IMG/VR virus record: IMGVR_UViG_3300036945_000811
Length of the DNA stretch: 50,274 bases
Reading direction: 5' to 3' (one strand)
From: a virus
Position 1 is the stretch's first letter. The number at the start of each line of letters is the position of its first letter. The translations under genes were made by a program, and so were the position numbers. The notes beneath the pieces were generated by a model, which was not told the DNA's origin, made no database searches, and saw only the letters and a program-made list of their open reading frames with translations. Below, in pieces: positions 45,564 to 50,274 of the stretch.

Positions 45564-45830
45564 TCATTTATCACCATCCTTGTATTGATTATTCAATTTC
45601 CATTCAGCAGTCCGTACCTCGCTAAATGTTGTTTTTAGTGGCTCATCATCGAAAACCATATCTTTCCCGATGAGGTTTCTGATTGTTCCTTTTTCAAGCT
45701 TATCACCAGAAGAATTGCCTTGGGCAAAGCATGTTTTATAAAACTTGTACGAGGAATCTCCTTTATCTGGTCGCGACCCAAATGCAAACTCATTTCCGTC
45801 ACCATCAACACATATCCAACAGGAGTTCAT
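45564..45830 (-). CDS. Hypothetical protein (88 aa)
   Basis: ORF track; AAGGAAGGTGA upstream. Confidence 0.6.
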   Translation of the reverse strand: MNSCWICVDGDGNEFAFGSRPDKGDSSYKFYKTCFAQGNSSGDKLEKGTIRNLIGKDMVFDDEPLKTTFSEVRTAEWKLNNQYKDGDK

Positions 45831-46021
45831 TTGTCACCTTCCTTTATTTTTATATCCGTTGCCGCTACCAAAGTTCGATTTGTGTTCTCGATTCCTGATG
45901 CCTCATATTCCGTTCCCATGCAATCGAATCCTTTCAGGACTGGACAATTCCATTCATCCAACTTTCCGGTAGCCTCGAAATTGATGAACCGGTTGTGCTT
46001 AGCACTGTAGTATCTTATCAC
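45827..46021 (-). CDS. Hypothetical protein (64 aa from a GTG start)
   Basis: The GTG at 46021 forms a GTGA overlap with the upstream stop and follows AAGGAGGTGATC. The ORF-track start at 46051 lies inside the upstream gene. Confidence 0.5.
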   Translation of the reverse strand: MIRYYSAKHNRFINFEATGKLDEWNCPVLKGFDCMGTEYEASGIENTNRTLVAATDIKIKEGDK

Positions 46022-46212
46022 GAGATCACCTCCTTTTGAGCGCAAGCGCATTTTTTACAATTTTCAGGTATAAAATACCTGCATGATTCTGTGTCACCTT
46101 TTACCTTGCCTGTCTTGATGCAAAGTACATCGTGAGAGGCTTCGTTCCCGTCTTTATGCCATCCGCAGACAGCGCAAAATTCTTTTTGATGTAGCTTTTC
46201 AACGGCTGCCAT
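46018..46212 (-). CDS. Cys-rich small protein (64 aa)
   Basis: CAVCGWH...C...C...CKKCAC; AGGAGGG SD. Confidence 0.55.
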   Translation of the reverse strand: MAAVEKLHQKEFCAVCGWHKDGNEASHDVLCIKTGKVKGDTESCRYFIPENCKKCACAQKEVIS

Positions 46213-46215
46213 GAT

Positions 46216-46365
46216 TCAACCCTCCTGATTTAGTTGTGTGTTTTTGAAATGTTCGTAATCGGCACGAGCAAGAAGTATTCTCCCGTCTGTTGTCCTACCG
46301 ATAAACTCATAATGCTTCACTTTTCGACAAAACAAACACCGGATGAACATAATAAAACTTTTCAT
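46216..46365 (-). CDS. Small hypothetical ORF (49 aa)
   Basis: Hand translation MKSFIMFIRCLFCRKVKHYEFIGRTTDGRILLARADYEHFKNTQLNQEG; ATGA overlap with the upstream gene. Confidence 0.35.
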   Translation of the reverse strand: MKSFIMFIRCLFCRKVKHYEFIGRTTDGRILLARADYEHFKNTQLNQEG

Positions 46366-46634
46366 TTGTCTATTTGTTTATATTGTGAAATGATTCGTCC
46401 CTCGACTACCCTACATTCCTCTTCAGTCATCATTCCTTGAGTCGTGAGCTTATCGACCCACTTCAAAGCTTGTTCAAAATATTCCTTACTTCTCACATCT
46501 CGTTCACCATCTTCAATCAAAATCGAAGTTATCGAATTATCTGGAAATGTAAACTGTATCACGTTCCCGGACACTGAAAGTTTTGCGTTTCTGATAGTAC
46601 GTATTGCGTGTTCAGCTTGTGTTTGTTTACTCAT
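46362..46634 (-). CDS. Hypothetical protein (90 aa)
   Basis: ORF track. Confidence 0.6.
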   Translation of the reverse strand: MSKQTQAEHAIRTIRNAKLSVSGNVIQFTFPDNSITSILIEDGERDVRSKEYFEQALKWVDKLTTQGMMTEEECRVVEGRIISQYKQIDK

Positions 46635-46723
46635 GTTAAATTTTGTTTTTAATTATAATAGTCATTATCGCAATAAATATTAGTGTTCCCGAATACCAAA
46701 CCGAATTGAATATCTGACATTGT

Positions 46724-47026
46724 TTAAACCGTTTTATTTAATTTCTCGTATTCATCCTTATGTCTTTCCCACAGTTTTACCAATCCTTTTGGAAGTCCTG
46801 AATACATTCCATCATTACTATTATAACGCGGATGATCTGTTTCAGGACTCCAAAAATAAGCACCGTGTTTAAACTCTACAAATTCGTAACCGGTGGAGTG
46901 CCCACCGTACCGGGAAACGTACACGACGAAACGCCAGTAAGTTTTACCGATCAACATTTCAGGTGACTCGAACTTATAATCACGGGTGCAAGTGTCGTAT
47001 ACTTGAGGTGGCATGTTTAAATCCAT
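46724..47026 (-). CDS. Hypothetical protein (100 aa)
   Basis: ORF track. Confidence 0.6.
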   Translation of the reverse strand: MDLNMPPQVYDTCTRDYKFESPEMLIGKTYWRFVVYVSRYGGHSTGYEFVEFKHGAYFWSPETDHPRYNSNDGMYSGLPKGLVKLWERHKDEYEKLNKTV

Positions 47027-47070
47027 ATAGGTGAAACCGTTTTTACTGTTACAATATATGCACTTCTTAT

Positions 47071-47266
47071 TTATGCAGATTTTAATTTAATTGTTATTTC
47101 ATCTTTTAACAATGGGCAGAACTCAGGTAGTTCACACTCATCAGTCTCATCATTCCACACTGGACACGAATTTACACCGCTATCCTCAGTGCATTTACAA
47201 GAGTTGAGATCACTTCTTAAAGGGCAGTCAATCCATCCATCTGTTTTTGTCTATAGTGATTACCAT
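47071..47266 (-). pseudogene. Cys-rich small gene apparently split by a 1-nt frame change in an A5 run (or an assembly indel)
   Basis: ATG at 47266 gives MVITID...; a 59-codon open frame with no start codon (..KTDGWIDCPLRSDLNSCKCTEDSGVNSCPVWNDETDECELPEFCPLL..) begins right after the run at 47244-47248. Confidence 0.25.
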
Positions 47267-47429
47267 GTTCAATTTATTTTAAATTTAACCCATCAGAACC
47301 CATCGAGGTTGAACGATCTCATATTGATCCACCAATTGCACCCTAACCAACCGGAGCAGGCTCAAACCAGCATAACCAAAACCCAAAGACATACTACCAA
47401 CTCAATCCCGATAAATAAAAATCTCATAG

Positions 47430-47678
47430 TTAAACTATCTGAGTTATATTATCTGACAAACCTGTTAAATTTTTGTAAATTCGTATTAACTTTGCATTGA
47501 ATTTGAAGTTAGGTAATACGATTGCCAACCCGCTGTTATAGTCAACACTTGGGCACGCTGAACAAGGATATGTATAACTTTCTTTATTCTTATGTTTACA
47601 TAAATCACAACAAATTTGTGTATTTATAATATTTTTTTCATTTAATGTGTTTATTATGGTCGTTCTTGACACTTTCAT
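47430..47678 (-). CDS. Cys-rich small protein (82 aa)
   Basis: CCDLCKHKNKESYTYPCSACP pattern; ORF track. Confidence 0.5.
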   Translation of the reverse strand: MKVSRTTIINTLNEKNIINTQICCDLCKHKNKESYTYPCSACPSVDYNSGLAIVLPNFKFNAKLIRIYKNLTGLSDNITQIV

Positions 47679-47742
47679 AATAATTTCATTTAGTGGTTAT
47701 TGTTACATACGCCTCACGGCGTTTCAAGCCTCATCAGTGTAA

Positions 47743-48273
47743 CTAAATTGTTATAACTCGCTCTTTGGTAAACTCTTCTTTTTCTACCAATCGCCTAATC
47801 TCTCCCAATCGCTTCCCACATTGTTTTAAATAGCGAATACGGTTTTGAAAATGCTCGAAAGAACATATCCCGGTTGCGATGTTATAGCCATGACTACAGT
47901 GAATGCAATCAATCAGCCTTTGAAACGAAGGTTGATTATTTGCGTAAAAATAAATTCGAGCCACCTCTTTACCAAACTTTTTCTCAAGTTCTTGTACACT
48001 TAACACATTTTCAAAACGTAGAATCTCAATCTTACCATCTACTGTGTTACGGTAGATAATCTTTGCTAAATTATTTGTCATTTTGTTAGCGTTTAAGAGT
48101 TTGAAAGTTGTAGTATCAGAGTTTAAAAAACATTCAAAACCGTCAATCCAAGCATACCACCCATTACTACTGGTTTTAGATAGTACACCAACGTCACCAA
48201 TAGCAATAATTCTTCGTGTTCGTCCTGATAACACAGTAATAATAATTTTATCACCTTTTTTAAAATGTATCAT
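47743..48273 (-). CDS. Hypothetical protein (176 aa)
   Basis: ORF track. Confidence 0.6.
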   Translation of the reverse strand: MIHFKKGDKIIITVLSGRTRRIIAIGDVGVLSKTSSNGWYAWIDGFECFLNSDTTTFKLLNANKMTNNLAKIIYRNTVDGKIEILRFENVLSVQELEKKFGKEVARIYFYANNQPSFQRLIDCIHCSHGYNIATGICSFEHFQNRIRYLKQCGKRLGEIRRLVEKEEFTKERVITI

Positions 48274-48629
48274 ACTATATGGATAACTTTTCTAATCAAC
48301 CTCAAATACCGATTGGCCATAAAGTCCCACCATCCAAAAATAATATTGTCTTTTTGCCGTTCAGTTTCGACGCTTTGGCCCCACAACTCCGCAAGGCGCA
48401 AAACATCACAATCCCAGAAGTCAACGAGTATAGGCAAGCTTGAAAGCCACTCAGAGAAGGCTTTGAGCGTGCCTATCCTTTTAATGTCCCAATCAGCTTC
48501 CTTCTGGAACCTATCCCACAGGTGGAGAATCTTTTGGTTATCACTCATTCCATCCGTGTTGTCATCCTGAATGCAGTTTATGCAATATTGATCTATCAGG
48601 ATGTTAGTTTTTTTTGTTAAACGTGACAT
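48270..48629 (-). CDS. Hypothetical protein (119 aa)
   Basis: ORF track; ATGA coupling to the next gene. Confidence 0.6.
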   Translation of the reverse strand: MSRLTKKTNILIDQYCINCIQDDNTDGMSDNQKILHLWDRFQKEADWDIKRIGTLKAFSEWLSSLPILVDFWDCDVLRLAELWGQSVETERQKDNIIFGWWDFMANRYLRLIRKVIHIV

Positions 48630-48647
48630 AGTGGTAATTGTTAAAGA

Positions 48648-48980
48648 TTATTCGCCAATTATTTGTTCAAATTCCGTTTCATTATTTAACTCCTCAATCT
48701 CCAATTCCAACGAATCCCTTTCATCAACAAGTTTAATATAATCATTATCATCCTCTAAATCAAAACCATCAATATAATCAAGTAACCCACAGCGGTAAGC
48801 GGTTTCATCTACCATTCGTAACGTTCGAGCTGGTTCATATTGCTCCATAAAATTAGGATAACTATCATTTAACATTTCATCATAACTATCTGTGTAGTTA
48901 TCAGGGTCAATTTCAAAGTTATCAATCTTGGTGTTCAGTTCTGCAAGCTGGTTGCGTAGTTCTGTTAGTTTGTCGTTCAT
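48648..48980 (-). CDS. Highly acidic hypothetical protein (110 aa)
   Basis: ORF track; Asp/Glu-rich; leader carries AACCACTAC. Confidence 0.6.
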   Translation of the reverse strand: MNDKLTELRNQLAELNTKIDNFEIDPDNYTDSYDEMLNDSYPNFMEQYEPARTLRMVDETAYRCGLLDYIDGFDLEDDNDYIKLVDERDSLELEIEELNNETEFEQIIGE

Positions 48981-49039
48981 TGTAGTAGTGGTTTAGTTGT
49001 TTGTTTTTGTGTTACTCTAATATAACATTTTTTATTTAA

Positions 49040-49225
49040 CTATTCCAAATTGTTTTTATTTCCTTTATTCAAACCTTCATCGTAAGCCTGTTCTATCATA
49101 TTAACAACTATATCATATTGTTCACCTGTTAAAATAAACCGTAACTTTTTCGATACTTTACCGGATATCCCTATTCTTTTAATACCATTACTCATACTTG
49201 TATACTCTGTTATTATGTTATCCAT
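49040..49225 (-). CDS. Hypothetical protein (61 aa)
   Basis: ORF track. Confidence 0.5.
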   Translation of the reverse strand: MDNIITEYTSMSNGIKRIGISGKVSKKLRFILTGEQYDIVVNMIEQAYDEGLNKGNKNNLE

Positions 49226-49285
49226 TGTTGTAATGTTTGGTTATTAATAAATTAATATAGTAAATTCAATTCTGTTATCCTAATT

Positions 49286-49843
49286 TTATTTTTTATAATC
49301 ATTTTCATGAACTAAAAAACAATCACTATCGAACCTTGACCAATTGAATGTTTTTGCAATTTCATCTTTTTTCATTCTATCAAGTCTTAATAAAATATCT
49401 GAATTAACGAGATACTCTATTGTTTCTTTAAATACTCGAACATCCTTTATAGAACTTGAAACTCTCTGCTGAATGTATTGCATTGGAATTACGCCTAAAC
49501 GTTTAAGTTCTTTATAACGTGGTGTTTTATATTCGGCTGTAGTAAATTCTTCAGTGTACCATTTTTTAACAACTCTCATAATTTTATGAGTGTGGTCAAT
49601 TACATTGAGATTATTCCCACATTTGATGCGTTTGAGCATCTCTTCACCGTCTTTTATGGCTGTTTCTTCACCTGTTATAATATCTTTTTCACTCTCAATT
49701 TTTTCAATCTGTTTGAATTTTAGATTGTCTTTGTAGTAATCGAAGAAATCAGGTAGTAGTTTTCTGCAAGCTACGTAACTAACTTCATCATCGAATGTAA
49801 TTGTAATACGTTTCTGTTTTCCTGAATAAGTTACTTTGTTCAT
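49286..49843 (-). CDS. Free-standing paralogue of the primase C-terminal domain (185 aa), first gene of the leftward early block
   Basis: Residues ~85-185 (HKIMRVVKKWYTEEFTTAEYKTPRYKELKRLGVIPMQYIQQR...NWSRFDSD) align with the last ~100 aa of 40298..42697. Confidence 0.65.
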   Translation of the reverse strand: MNKVTYSGKQKRITITFDDEVSYVACRKLLPDFFDYYKDNLKFKQIEKIESEKDIITGEETAIKDGEEMLKRIKCGNNLNVIDHTHKIMRVVKKWYTEEFTTAEYKTPRYKELKRLGVIPMQYIQQRVSSSIKDVRVFKETIEYLVNSDILLRLDRMKKDEIAKTFNWSRFDSDCFLVHENDYKK

Positions 49844-49884
49844 TTGCTAATATGTTTAAGTTTGTCAGAGGTCACCCAAAACAT

Positions 49885-49912
49885 ATTATAATAAATTATA
49901 GGCAATTCTCAA
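49885..49912 (-). promoter_or_regulatory. Candidate sigma70-type promoter (TTGAGA - 16 nt - TATAAT) for the leftward early block
   Basis: Minus-strand hexamers correspond to plus 49907-49912 and 49885-49890, about 40 nt upstream of the ATG at 49843. Confidence 0.4.
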
Positions 49913-49969
49913 AATAAAATTTATAAAATTGTAAGTTGTTATTTTTTCAATACATATCTTTTAGAGTGG

Positions 49970-50162
49970 AATTTATTTAAACGATTTTTTAGTATTGTTA
50001 ATGTTATTAAAACTACATAATATCTTGTTTCGGGTTCTTGGCTTGTCCCGCTCCGCCTCACTATACCCCCCCCCCGTATCGCATCTAATAAAAATAATAA
50101 AATATAATATATAATATATATATAATAATAATAAGAATACTAATAAATCGTTTAAATAAATT
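49970..50162. repeat. 18-bp perfect inverted repeat AATTTATTTAAACGATTT / AAATCGTTTAAATAAATT flanking a 157-bp segment
   Basis: Arms at 49970-49987 and 50145-50162. The interior holds a GC-rich patch, a C10 run and AT/TA low-complexity sequence. Confidence 0.9.
50066..50075. repeat. Homopolymer C10 tract in non-coding DNA
   Basis: Counted directly: ctata + 10 C + gtatc. Confidence 0.9.
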
Positions 50163-50274
50163 TGTCCTGTTTACGACGTTATCTTTAACCCCAACTACTG
50201 TTTTTTGTTCCTTAGTAAATTTGCAGTAGTTGGGTGATTTAGTGGGTAAGATGTTGTTTTAAATACAGTTGAAG
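50148..50274. repeat. Terminal direct repeat, right copy (identical to 1..127)
   Basis: Direct comparison of the two window ends. Confidence 0.95.

Noticed and set aside
33973-48993. Resemblance of the AACCACTA(C/A/T) leaders to T3/T7-type promoters (..AACCCTCACTAAAG.. / ..CACTATAG..)
   Set aside because: No single-subunit RNA polymerase gene is present. The motif sits 1-13 nt from the ATG at variable distance, which does not fit a fixed promoter-to-start geometry.

Overview
The window is one complete genome of a siphovirus-like tailed dsDNA phage. Bases 1-127 are identical to bases 50148-50274, so the contig closes on itself with a unique length of 50147 bp.

There are four transcription blocks:
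1. Rightward late block, about 3.2-27.5 kb. It holds small membrane ORFs, a lysis cassette with a GH19-type endolysin, a collagen-like fibre gene and fibre-associated genes. It continues with small and large terminase, portal, scaffold, capsid, connector proteins, tail tube, a G/GT chaperone pair with a canonical A_AAT_TTT -1 slippery site, a 1763-aa tape measure and distal tail/fibre genes.
2. Leftward replication/recombination block, 27.5-40.0 kb. It holds a family B DNA polymerase, SF2 helicase, a free-standing HNH-AP2 endonuclease, a PD-(D/E)XK exonuclease and an ATP-dependent ligase. It also holds two tRNA-shaped genes, a DUF669 SSB-like protein, a Sak4-like ATPase, MazG-like and DUF3310 proteins, ThyX interrupted by a 333-aa HNH intein, and an HU-like protein.
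3. Short rightward block, 40.1-43.8 kb. It holds an AEP primase fused to a DUF3987-type NTPase, plus small paralogous genes.
4. Leftward block of small early-type genes, 43.98-49.84 kb, continuing across the junction into 112-2861. It includes a VRR-NUC nuclease and many Cys-rich micro-proteins.

I found no integrase, repressor, reverse transcriptase, CRISPR array or rRNA. Strong GGAGG Shine-Dalgarno sites argue for a bacterial host, which I cannot identify.

The items most worth follow-up are:
- the two tRNA-shaped genes with abnormal anticodon arms;
- a dense iteron array at 567-900;
- the intein inserted in the ThyX signature motif;
- three copies of the primase C-terminal domain (one fused, one free-standing, one relic);
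- a recurrent AACCACTAC leader motif that replaces the SD at genes following intergenic gaps;
- a structured non-coding region with an 18-bp inverted repeat and a C10 tract.

All functional calls come from motifs read by eye. No database search was run.
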